From: Antedon mediterranea
Lineage: Eukaryota > Animalia > Echinodermata
Direction of reading: 5' to 3'
Assembly: GCF_964355755.1 (NCBI RefSeq)
Contig: NC_092677.1
Coordinates: forward strand, 7,152,101 to 7,216,100
DNA: 64,000 nucleotides
Shown: positions 36,911 to 49,500 of the stretch, in pieces
Position numbering within the stretch: the first letter of the stretch is position 1
Layout of the letters: each line of letters starts with the position of its first letter
The notes under the pieces: generated by a model
The model's database searches: none
What the model was told of the DNA's origin: nothing
Seen by the model: only the letters and a program-made list of their open reading frames with translations
Program-made: the position numbers and the translations under genes

Positions 36911-37544
36911 TTGTATTTTCAGACAAAAATCGCGGTCGAAATAAAAACAAATAAATAAAAAAAAAAGACAATAAATACAGACTTGGGGCAAGTCTACTTC
37001 ACTTGGTACAATAATGTATATAAAACAACTACCAGTGTAGTGTATTAATACACACCCGAGTGAAGTCAGTGAAAAACCAGACGTTTTGTTTTTTTCAAGG
37101 ACATAACGGACGGCGTATTAGTTCAGATGATATATACATAACAAAAATGAATGATATAAAAGTATTTTTCGTCAAATGTTGACCTGTACCATTGATTGAT
37201 TGGATTGGATGTACAGTAGTAGGTGCAAAGTCTTTACAAAGCAGCGGCTGTGCCAAAAAATAATCAAATAGTACAAAAGTGTCCCCTATAGGAGATATGT
37301 TCCAGTGAAACAGGCACAGGCTATTTCCTTACCACTACTGCCAACCCCTATTCAGGAGAAAACCCATATTAAGTGGAAACTTTGTTAGGTCGCAAAAGTA
37401 TCTCCTTAAAAGGGCTTCAAATTATTATTGTAATTTTCCTTACGTAATTATTTAGTAATATTACCTCTCTCTATTATAAACAAAATAAAATCATAACCAG
37501 AAGGTGTGATTTGAAATGTATTAAAATTGGTTAAGAAATGGTGA

Positions 37545-40500
37545 TTATTTCCGTAGATGAATCATTAGAGCAGATAGGCAAAGTAGTACAAACGTCCAAG
37601 CAAAACTGGTGACAAATCCCATATACACATTAAAGTAGTTGATACTCCATCCTATAAAAGAAACAATTATGAACTTGAAGATGGAACAGTGAAGAGAAAG
37701 TTATAGAAGAGCAAGACCAAATATGGCATAGAAAGATAATATTATGACCAAATATGGCATAGAAAGATAATATTATGACCAAATATGGCATAGAAAGATA
37801 TGGGGAAGAAAATTTAAAAAAAGTAATGTGCAAGATGTGCAGAGGACAGATGTGGAGAGCTAGTGACAGTAACTGCTCTTTTTTTGGTCATCCTTCCATT
37901 TTTTATGCATATATTTATTTACACTATGTTTTATATTGGAAAATAAAAACTGAACTGAAACTGGAGGGGTAAACATCATTTCACAGTTACACCATCTCTT
38001 TACCTCTCACTAACACGTTTGTAGGGGGAGAGATTTACTTTTAAAGAACTGATAAAACATGATGTTCCTCTCACATGTATTTACCGACTAGAAGGCCCAT
38101 TTGTCTGTACCATTGATTTTCTGTGCCTACCCACTCCATAAAAGAATTTTTAAAGGCCTAATTGCTAGTTCACATAACTAAAAAATAATTTATCATTAAA
38201 TGAAATCTTTGCAGTTTGGAAAGATCCAGAAATTTGTGGCATCTTAAAAAGCCAATAGAATCATTGCACCAGTAAACTATTACTGTACTACTGTATATAT
38301 GTATATACCTCTTGCTAAAATGCAGCGAAGACAAATAATAGCATATGTCTGTGGCATCATATAACTGAAGTACATCAGTGGATATGGTACGCCTTCAAGA
38401 GGCCACATGATACCTGCACACAAGTAACAACATATAGTAAACAAGTTAGTACATTAGTTATTGATCATAATATTATATGCTCATAGTATGAAAGAATTAA
38501 TGACCACTTTTCTGCTGTACCCTTATGATAAAAAAGAACCGCAGTGAAAGTGGAACCATAAAAGGTTTAGTTTTAAAAAGTGATTTGACTTAATATTGGT
38601 TTAAAAAACAACATTTTGACAGCATAAAACAATTAAAACTTGTGGCATTAAACAATAAACTAAGGTTTCTATGGAAATTCTCTAGTCTGAACAATATGAT
38701 AACTCTGTACCTAATAATATATATTATTACATAATTCTCCCAATACTGGACACCTTTGGGCTGGCCAAATATCTCTGGTTTTCTGAAAAGTCTGGTATTT
38801 GGAATGTGTTTTTACTGGTAAAACAAATTTGGAACCTTTGGGCTTCAAGGAAAATTTGATTTTGGGAGAGTTCACAGGTTTTCAGAGAGTTCGATATTGG
38901 GAGAAATTACTGTATATTAAATTAATACATTACATTTTATCCTTTTTAAAACTCAGTATTTTAATTTGAATCAGATTGGGAAGAAATTGAATTATTTTAA
39001 ATATTAATACATACAAGTACTTACCACTCATAAGGATCAGTGGATAGAAAGATCCCAGCGACAATTGCATTGCCGATATCTCATTGTCACAAACACTAGA
39101 GACAAACAAGCCATAAGCCATTCCATTCAGGCCCTGGAATAGTGTAAGCACTATCACCATCAGAAGGGAGCCTTCATTTGGTACCTAACAACATAAAAGA
39201 TCAATCTTTAAACTGAATGTTTAAGAGCAAGATATATGATGATCATGTTATTTCAGAATATTTTATATAAAAAACAAGCAAGACAAAGAAAACGAAAAAT
39301 CATCAAAAAATAGAATTTTTGCCAATTTAGAGATTTGAAAACCGTAAAATATATTTTGTAGTGCACTTAACAAGATCATTTTGACTATTCAAAACTCATA
39401 TTCTAAAACCATAGACGCACTTTATTATTCATTATTATTTCATTATATTATAATAAGCAGTTATACAGTGCATCTGAGAGATGAGTTCAACACAAGACAA
39501 TTCCACATCATTACATTATGTTTATTATGGAAAGGCAACAATATAAAATCACTCAAACTAAGTGGCTTTACCTTGTACAGTTTATATTTCTTATTTATAC
39601 TTATATATTAATAGATAACTTGTTCATTTTGGAATATTAGGGTGGGTGGGTTATGTCTTTATTTATCTAAATTGTAAATATATATGTATATTTATAAATA
39701 TTTACTTCTGTTCCTTCAATATTATTATGTCTATGTTAGTGTTAGTGTTATTATTGTAAAGTACTGTACAACGTTTTTTCAGGCTTTGCCTTAGTTGTAC
39801 GTCCTCCATCTTAATTTGTATTTTATGTTTGTTATGATGGAAATAAAGATTGAATAATGATTAATAATTATAATACTATAAAAATTTATATCTATAATTC
39901 TATCTACAAAGATATTCTAATAAGACCAGTCTTTTAAAAAATAAATTTTTTTTTCAATTGTTAGTTGTTTTTGATTGAATTGAAATTTATATTTATACTG
40001 GGTAACCTCTTCAGTCAAAGACTGGTCTCCCAGAGGGCCCAGTTGGTGATCAGTGGCTGTGATGTACTAATACACCGGGGTAACCCCCTACTCGTCTCGA
40101 AAGATGTACTAGGTTCTTTAAAGTGCACACGAGCTAGATGTGTACACTGGACCTACGGTTTATAGTCCTTATCCGAGAAGACTCGTTCTACCACCAGAAC
40201 CATGGAGCGAGTGAGCCTCGAACCCTTGCCGATGTTATGGCTAAGTAATTACGGTTCCACTGTCTTAACCGCTCGGCCACTCACTCACTCAATCAATCAC
40301 TTGATGATTGCCTTTTTCTTTCCACTAAACTTTGTTTAGTTGTAAAAAAAAGAATATAATACCAGGCATTGTATTAATAAGTCCAAAAGACTTTCATTAT
40401 AATTACTGAAAACGAAACACATCAAGGGGTTTCTAAATTGTAATAAACGCATCCTGTTTACAATTCATACTATTATTATTATTATATTATTTCTAATTTG

Positions 40501-43500
40501 TTCTTAAAAATGTTCTTTTGAGTACTTTAAGGAGATGAAAATCTCAAGGTCAATGGACCACAAAATAAAGACATTATTGTAAACTGTTTACAAGTTATGA
40601 GTAATATATAAGAATAAAACTGATTTCATTCACCACAAAATGTATACCTGACTATAATGTATTCTATTGTATTGGATAAAATTAAGTGTAGATTAGACAA
40701 AGTATAGGACTAAGATTACAGATATAAGTGGTTCAATCCTGAAATTTGGTGTCAAGCCAAATAATACATTTGTCTTGTAAAATAGTAAGGAACTTTCGTA
40801 ATCATAAGAATATGATAACAAAAATGTCACAAAAATATGTTTTTTGCACTAAAAATCTGTTTCACATGGCAAAGAAATATTGAGGGCGACATTCAAAACA
40901 TAATTTGAAATTACAGGTGGTTAAATTGTTTAGCATAAAAATAATCAGTGCAAGCGAGAACAAAATAAATAAAATGTATGTATAAGAGAAACAAATTATT
41001 TAATTAATTATTATCGTCAATATATGATGCACATCACATGGAGTAAACCTTCCTTGAACAAACAAATCTATAACTTAGGCGTCACGCTTGCCATATGATT
41101 GTTTGTTGCCTACGTTCCTTGTTGTTTTATCATGCAAATTACTTCCTCATTTACATACAACCTGTCCTATTGGTATATAAGTACTCTAGGCATTGTTTTC
41201 TGTTCTGATGATGAAAATAGTTTCTCAAAACATGTCAAGACATTTTAAGGCAGTTTGCCTATTTATCAAATGTCTCACAAAAGTTATTTTAACTCGAAAG
41301 TTTGGTGGAATTATTCATGATGTATTTTAATGTAAAATGCATTAACTTACATCAAAGATTAACAGGATAAAGACAAGAACAATAGCTGTTTGCACTGCTA
41401 TTATAACAAACTGAACCACAACATGAGATAGCATCACTTCTGTCGCTTTGGCGCCTAAAATAGAATTAAAGTAGTAAACCTGTAAAGACAATGATTGTTT
41501 GGCAAAACACAACAGAATATGAAGCAATAATATCTGTGCATACTCACAAACAAAACAAAGTTGTGATAGCTTTTATAACAACCCCAATTTCCAATTTCAG
41601 GAGAACCCTTTCTATGTGACTCCCTTTGTGTGTACAGTACATGAAGATGTTAAGCACTCTTACTAAATAGTTGACTCAATATTTAGAAGTTCTATCCACA
41701 TCTAAAGCTCTGTTTACACTATCAAACTTTATGTGACAAAAAATGTGATGTGCCCATATATGGACACGGTGATGTCATATCACTACCATATTTAAGCATA
41801 TCACTGCCATATTTGCGTACACTTTTTTGTCACAAAAAGTTTGATAGATGTAGAAAGGGCTTAAGAAGACCTACATAAAGTGTGTAAAAATAGTCAACTG
41901 TAATTTACCTGCTACCCATGTTCTTTCTAACAAGCCTTCTTTGCGCTCCAAAATAAAAGTGATACTAGTCATTGATACAGCCAAGAAGAATACAATACTA
42001 GACAAAAAAAGAATTGTAAGTATTTAGTTGTAATTCAATAAATCAAAATTATATAAAATACAAAATAAAAATTGAAATTGAAAATATAGGCAATAACTAG
42101 TTGATAACGAATTCTAAACTATTGAACCTAACAGTTTTACGTATGCTTTAACCAACTTCTTCAGATATTTTAAACCTTAAAATAGTAAGGCATAGCTTTT
42201 TCAAGCCTAGGCCAGCACTGGTCAGCGACTCCCTTCCTAAGTCTAATGATGAAAGAAAAATTGCCTCAATCAATCACTGCAGGATGTGTCAGACATGTTT
42301 GAAATTTTAATGTTTTTCTTGCATGCTTACTTCCTCATAGTTATTTGTTTACCCATCTACCTGTAGTCAACTGTATTGTCACATTTTTAACCAAGTTAGG
42401 GTGTATAAAACTCACAATGCAAGAATATGTTCCCTCCATTTTTGTTTTCAGTTTTTATAACGATTATTAAATATTATTATTAAAGATACATTGTCATGCA
42501 CATAAAAAAAATCATTGCAGTTCAACTTTCTTGTACTTGTTGATTCACTTCCTTGCAAAAGTCGACTATCGGATATTGAATAAAATTAGGGCCACTCTTT
42601 TTTAATGTTTTTTAGTTGTATTTGTTCAATGATCATATTTACCTTAGTATGACCCCAGGTGCCATAAAATCAGTAAAATCAGACTCCTCGGTTCCATAAA
42701 TTGGCTCACCAAACTTTGAATAAAAGAAAACCAAATATTTGAAAAAGAACAATTCAATAAAATTATACTTTGATTCAACTTTTTTTTTACAGAGAACAGA
42801 TTACAATATTTCTTATAAGCAAAAAGTAGATAATACAAACAAGTACAAGAAATCTTAAAAAATAAAAGAAGCTATACGTGACAAAAAAAGTACTATATTT
42901 CATAAATAGGAAAAGATCGGATTTAAAAAGAAATTCACAACATTTTAAATTAACGAAAAAAATGTCATGTTTATAAATAGAAAATACAGTATATAGTATA
43001 AGTAAAAAAAAAATTTATTAACAGTTTAGAGTACAAACTAACCTGTAGAGGGAGCTCTGCAATTTTAGGATTTATTTTTGGAAACTTAATACTACTTAGC
43101 AAATCTGAAATGAAATCCTTAAAAAAAAAATCACTCAGTCAATATAAAAAATTAAAATTAATACCATTTGTGGAAAAGCATGTTTTTTGGAAGTGCTTAA
43201 AATCTAATTTCTGTTAAATCCTTAAAATGACATCACTTAACCTGACCTCTGAACAGAAAATAGAAATAGTGCACAGTTTACTTACTTAATTCATCTATTT
43301 TAAAACAGTTTAAATCTCTTCTTAATAACCACCTTTTTTATTTTAAGCGCTGTAAGACTTTTTGGTAAAAGACCAAATCAAGATATTATTATTATTATTA
43401 TTAGTTCAAGGCCGTAATGAGTTGTTCTGGGCCTCCATGGTTAAAACAGTTTAAATCTCTTAATAACTACTTTTTTATTGTAAGCGCTATGAGACTTTTT

Positions 43501-46500
43501 GGTAAAAGACCAAATCAAGATATTATTATTATTATTAGTTCAAGGCCGTAATGAGTTGTTCTGGGCCTCCATGGTTAAATAAAGTTGAATTGAATCAAAT
43601 AATGGAGACCATTCTATAGATTGTTTTACTGTATTCCTTTTAGGCACGGGCACAGAAGAATAAGAAATACCTGGTATGCTGTAGACAGTGACTGTTCCAG
43701 TGATAAAGCTATTTGTTGATCTGTAAGGAATATCAATTAAGTATAGAATCAAGAAACCCTGAAGTTAAGACAAGATTAATGGCAACGGTTCCGGTTCTCA
43801 GAGTCGCTGAGAACCGGACTATCTGGAAAGCCATAACCGCCTGAGAACCGGACTATCTGGAAAGCCATAACCGCCAATGTTCTTAAACATGGTACATGAA
43901 GAAGAAGATGTAATGCAAAAATAGAAAGAAATGGAGAGAATGCGAGAGTACACAGCCATCGACCAATAGTAAGAGAAGGAAAATTGACTACAAACATTGA
44001 AAAAAAAAAAAAAAAACTCAATCCACTTACTTGTTAGGTCAAGTTGAACATGTACTGTACTGCCCTCTATAGTATCATTGTCAACCTTCGTTCCTTCCAC
44101 AAATCTGAAAAGGTGATTATGTTATTATTAAAAAATTATCTAGTGAGATAGTAGATTTTAACTGAACAAGACATACAACTTCATGCAGGTCATTTGGAGA
44201 TCATGGATTTGAGTTGATAAAATTCTACCAAATTTGTCACAGGTTCGGCAATAGAGAGCTTTCAATTCGATGGAGGAACGGCGATCAACCTATGTCAGGT
44301 CAATTGTCAACCATCGTCGTCGGTCATCGTCTGACCAGGTACACTGGACCTATGGTTTATAGTCCTTATCCGAGAAGACTTGTTCTACCAACAGAATCAT
44401 GGAGTGAGTGAGCCTCGAACCCTTGCCGATGTTATGGCTATGGATTACGGTTCCACTGTTTTAACCGCTCGGCTCCCTAATTTCTACTATAACGATGATC
44501 TCTATTACAGTGGAACTCTTATTGAAGGAAAAATTCGGAACCCATGTGATGTCCCCTTAATAAGGGTCTCTCAAAGGAGGGATTCTACAGAATACTTGTT
44601 TACCTTGTTATTAAATCTGTACTGTAGGTAGGCGCCATATATATAGTACCCCAATACTCTCCTTTCTTAGCGTCTTCAAAGGCATGAGTGAAGTTATCGT
44701 AAGGATGCTAAAAATAATTTAATATCAAAATGTTAATAATGATGAGTGATGATTGTGAACAACAAAGGATTCAGGAAAGGAGGACGACATTTCCTTTTTG
44801 ACAGATTAAATAATATTATACTACTTTTCGATATCTATTTTTGGCAGACTATTAATATTACGAATGAGAGTACGTTTATTGTAAATACATAATATAAAAA
44901 TAACGCTTAAAAGAGAACGACGTTTCGACTCCATCATGGGGTCATTATCAAGTCCAATGAATAAAATATAAAACAACAACTAATTAAGTAGCACAAGCCA
45001 AGGGTCAAAGTTTAAATAACTATTAATATTATTATGATTATTATAATAACTGTAATGGTCGTGATATCTACTGTAGTAGCTGGGAAGTGCAAATAGTGGT
45101 ACTGACAATTATATGTTATAACCTTTGTCTACACTATCAAACTATCAATTAACAAAAAAGTGTGATGTCAAAATGCCGTAGTGATATGACATCATCGTGT
45201 CCATATATGGGCACATCACATTTTTAGTTGCGACTCTACAGCTCACTATGTTGGTCGGTTGGTCGGTAAACACTAACTCAAATTTGAGCACGCGACTGCA
45301 GTCATGTATATGGCCTTGTTTTGTCACATAAAGGTTGGTAATTTTAGTGTAGACAGCGCCTAAGACAATAAAATTGCTAGTGTCAAAATCAATGTTTTTC
45401 ATGTTCAATTCTTTGATGTCACTAACCTGTACAATAGTATCATTATCCAGATGCCACAGAAAATGCTGGCTGTAGTTGAGTGTTGAAGTATCCATGTTGA
45501 TGACAGCCATGTGAAGGCCTCTTGGAGGGTTACCAATACACAAACAAAATAAACACACCTCAATTATTGGTATTAGAAAGCTGAACAATATTGAACTAGG
45601 ACAAACAAATAAGAATATGTTTTGTAAAGGTTTTGATAATAGAGAATTTTACTACATAAATACAGGCATGTAAGAAAATATTAATGCGTCCAGGATGACA
45701 GCAAACAGAATCCCTCGTATCATTATGTATGGGGAGCTAAAAGGGTTCCGGCCATAGGAGGTCATTAGTTTGTTTAGGATGTGTTTAAAGGTTACAAATA
45801 TCAATATTGAAACCTGGGAAAAGCTAGCCTTCAAATGCCCGAACTGGAGGAAGGACATCAAGCAAGGAGTAGTTGTTGGCGAAAACAAACAATTAAGTAG
45901 ACACTTTTTAATGACCAACACTGGCAATTATGATTATCTTTGGACACAATGCGTATAATCCTTCCACAACAGAAAGGGATTTCTTCAGTTCAGCTAAAAC
46001 ACCCAGGACAATCCACAATGGACAGTAAAAGAAGCATAACATCATACAAATTAAATTTGAAGTAACTGTATACTATATAGCAACTTACCCTGGGTTGAAG
46101 TAACTGTATACTATATAGCAACTTACCCTGGGTTGAAGTAACTGTATACTATATAGCAACTTACCCTGGGTTGAAGTAACTGTATACTATATAGCAACTT
46201 ACCCTGGGTTGAAGTAACTGTATACTATATAGCAACTTACCCTGGGTTGAAGTAACTGTATACTATATAGCAACTTACCCTGGGTTGAAGTAACTGTATA
46301 CTATATAGCAACTTACCCTGGGTTGAAGTAACTGTATACTATATAGCAACTTACCCTGGGTTGCGGATTAGCTTAATAAAGCTTTTAAAGATCATGGCAG
46401 ATATGTTACTTGTTCTCGGAAGAAAGTCCCATCTTGTACCACCAGACTTCTGATGAGAAACTAAAATACAATATTGGAAATAAATAAAAATATGAACGTT

Positions 46501-49500
46501 CAGTCTATAATTGATAATTGTTCTAATCCGTATAAAAAGTGCTGCATTATCGAATGGTTTAAGCCTAGATTCTTGCTAAAAGTAGGTGTGTTATAAAACT
46601 AATAGTGAATGTTTTATAGTCTTGCAATAGAACAAACAAATTCGGCAAAAGATGAATGGAATGTTATGTTTTCCTTCATGAAATTATTTGTACCATTTCA
46701 CTCATAAAAATTCATTATTTTATAAATGAATAATATTTATGGATCTTCCACAGATACCTTCTGGTAGTTCCTCATCAGGTAGCAGCCTAGCCGTATCTCC
46801 TGCACTCTCTTTTATCCTCTCAACATTTTCTACGTTACCATAGTCACCAACATCCTGAACATTCATTGTATGATGGCTGTCAGAAGAGACCATCTGAAAT
46901 AATACCCATGGTAGCAAGTCAAAATGTGTTTAGCAAAGTTTACAATTCAATTTACTTTACTTTTTCTATACAATTTGAATACTTTGATATTCTATTAAAG
47001 ATGTATTGTCCCTTTGACTAATTCCAAAAAAATGAAAAATAATAGATTTTGAAAAAAGGTGGGTCATTTTGAAGTATCATAATAGTTATTAACTATCACC
47101 AAAAATTTTTTGGAAACAAAAAAATTTAACTGAAATACAGACTTTTTTTGTTAAAAAAATAACTTTGACTTCCAGTCAAAGTTTTCAATCGAAACATATC
47201 CCATAATGAAACGCGCTTGTTTGGCTACTCTGTATGCATAATCAAAAAACTTCCTCATGATCTGTGTGAAAATACCTTCTTAACCGTGACGAGTTGTAAA
47301 CAATCCTAATTTAGCATATGCATAATGCGTACTCATGGTTTGAAATCTTTGTTTACTTTCGCTCGTGACGATTTTCCAGATGAAATGTAATCAAACTAAT
47401 TTACCTGTTAATTACGTAAACTTGTTGTTTTTGGCTCAAATTTTCGACTTAAAGTGAATAACTTTAATATTACTTTGATATGGCCACTTTAAATTTAGAA
47501 TATTTTGACCATCATTTTTTTGTGTTTCAAGGGACAATACATCTTTAAGTAAATGTGTAATTAGTATGTCATGTTTGTATGTACAGTAGCCCCACTTTTG
47601 GGACACCTATATCATGGGGAAATGAACAAGGTGTTTTTAAACTATAGCCAACCCCTAGTGGGGAAACTTTGTTGAGTCCCGGTCTTCTTTATAGGGTTCA
47701 ATATAATATTGTTACTTGTTGTTATGTCAGAGTGAATTAAAATAATGAATGTCCTTACCTCTTGAGGTTCACTTGCATCCCTCATGCATAGTTTTAAAAA
47801 CACACCCTCTAGAGTCTAAAATGATATATTAAGTATAATCATTAAAACTATTCAATTCGGATTTAATTGGGACTGACACAAAAATGTAAATGGCCATTTC
47901 AGAACAAGATCTAAACCTAAGCTTTTTGAACTAAGTAAAACTATTCCCAAAATGCTTTGGTTTGGCCATGCGAAATATTGTAATACCGAGACATGACCAG
48001 TATTTGTATCTAGGAGCACGAAAAACAAGATTATTAACAACCAAGATAAGATTCCACTACTGTAGAGGCAAGAACTAGGTGGTTTGGCTTGCCTACCGAA
48101 GTCCAAGTCCAGAGGATTCAAATACTGTTCAAAGTCTGACGATGTTCAACTCCACTCAAAACTTTGTAGAGGATCTCCATATTTTTCTGTAAGTGAAAGA
48201 TGATTTCCAGCTCCCTGGAGGACAATGAATGTCACTCTTGGTAAACCTTAGTTGTATGTACCTAAAGCAGTAAAAAAAGAAACATAAAAAACAAACCTGC
48301 ATTTGATGATAATGCATAAGATCTTGTGGAGCAGACTCAGATAAAAGCACACCACTTCTCATCAATCCAACCTAAGAAAAGTAAGAAAATATGAAAGACT
48401 AAGAACTATAGCATAAATCAAGAAACAATCAGAAAGGAGGAATACAATTAGCAAGTCAGTAAAATAAAGTCTCATGATACAGTGTCTCATGGTCACCACT
48501 GTATCCAGGATACACCACCACATGTTAACCACTGTATCCGAGATACAGTCCAACATGTTACCCATTGTAGCCAGGATACAGCCCAACATGTTACCCACTG
48601 TATCAAGGAGACACTGCGATGTTACCCACTGTATCCAGGATACATAGTCACATATTGTAATCATTTTAATAAAAACAATTACACTGAATTTAGGAATTTC
48701 CCATGACAATACAATAACTTTAATATGACTCTGTTAATTAGCATGAACGTTTATTTTCAAATATGTCAATGATAAATATAGTGCCCTTGTTGTTTTTAGT
48801 GAATAAAGCTAGCCAAAACACTTGTTAATCTTTTTAAAAACAGTCAAAGCATACCGAATCAGCCTGTCTTGCTTCTTCAATATAGTGCGTTGTAATGATA
48901 ACAGTTGATTTGCCTCCTTTCGTTAGATTAATTAAGTGTTCCCAGATTCTAAAAACAGGGAAGATTGATAAAACCATGAAAGCAATTTGGTTTCTTTGAA
49001 ATATATAAGGTAAAACAATATACAGCACAGTAGAACACCTTCCAATTTGCAGGAGAAACTCAGTTTAAGGGGATGCTTTCCTGTGAAACAATCAAGGGGA
49101 AATATGTGTTATTAATATGTGACATTAGACAACCCTAGTATATATAGATACTTTTTTTTACGTCCCACAGGTGTCCTCTTAAAGATGTATTGTCCCAAAA
49201 AAACATGAAAAATGAAGATTAATTAAATCAGACTTTGAATAGGTTATTTTGTAGTTTTAAGTTCATCACTTCCGTAGAGGGAAAAAATAATCTTTTCACT
49301 TATAAAATAATATAATAAATAGTTAAAATCAACCAAAAATCCATTGGCTGGCAGCCAATTTGATCATTCATTTTGTTTTAAATTACAGTTTTTCAGGTAA
49401 ATACATTTTGTTTAGATCCAGTTTTTTGTCAAAGTGGATAACAATTATGTGACATTAAAATGGCATATTCAACAAAAAAAATATTAAAATTATTTTTCAG

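Noticed and set aside
40200-40286. Functional tRNA gene
   Set aside because: A and B boxes are present, but it continues into a repeated SINE body and lacks a proper cloverleaf and terminator.
43043-43106. Alternative acceptor TTTCAG for ABCH exon 14
   Set aside because: It gives an immediate stop (ATT TGC TAA); the acceptor at 43118-43119 preserves the frame.
44860-44960. Penelope-like terminal motif (GACGTTTCG..TCATTATCA)
   Set aside because: Too short to support without a repeat-library search.
46057-46363. 38-bp repeats as a CRISPR array
   Set aside because: The units are head-to-tail with no unique spacers, there are no cas genes, and the context is a eukaryotic intron.
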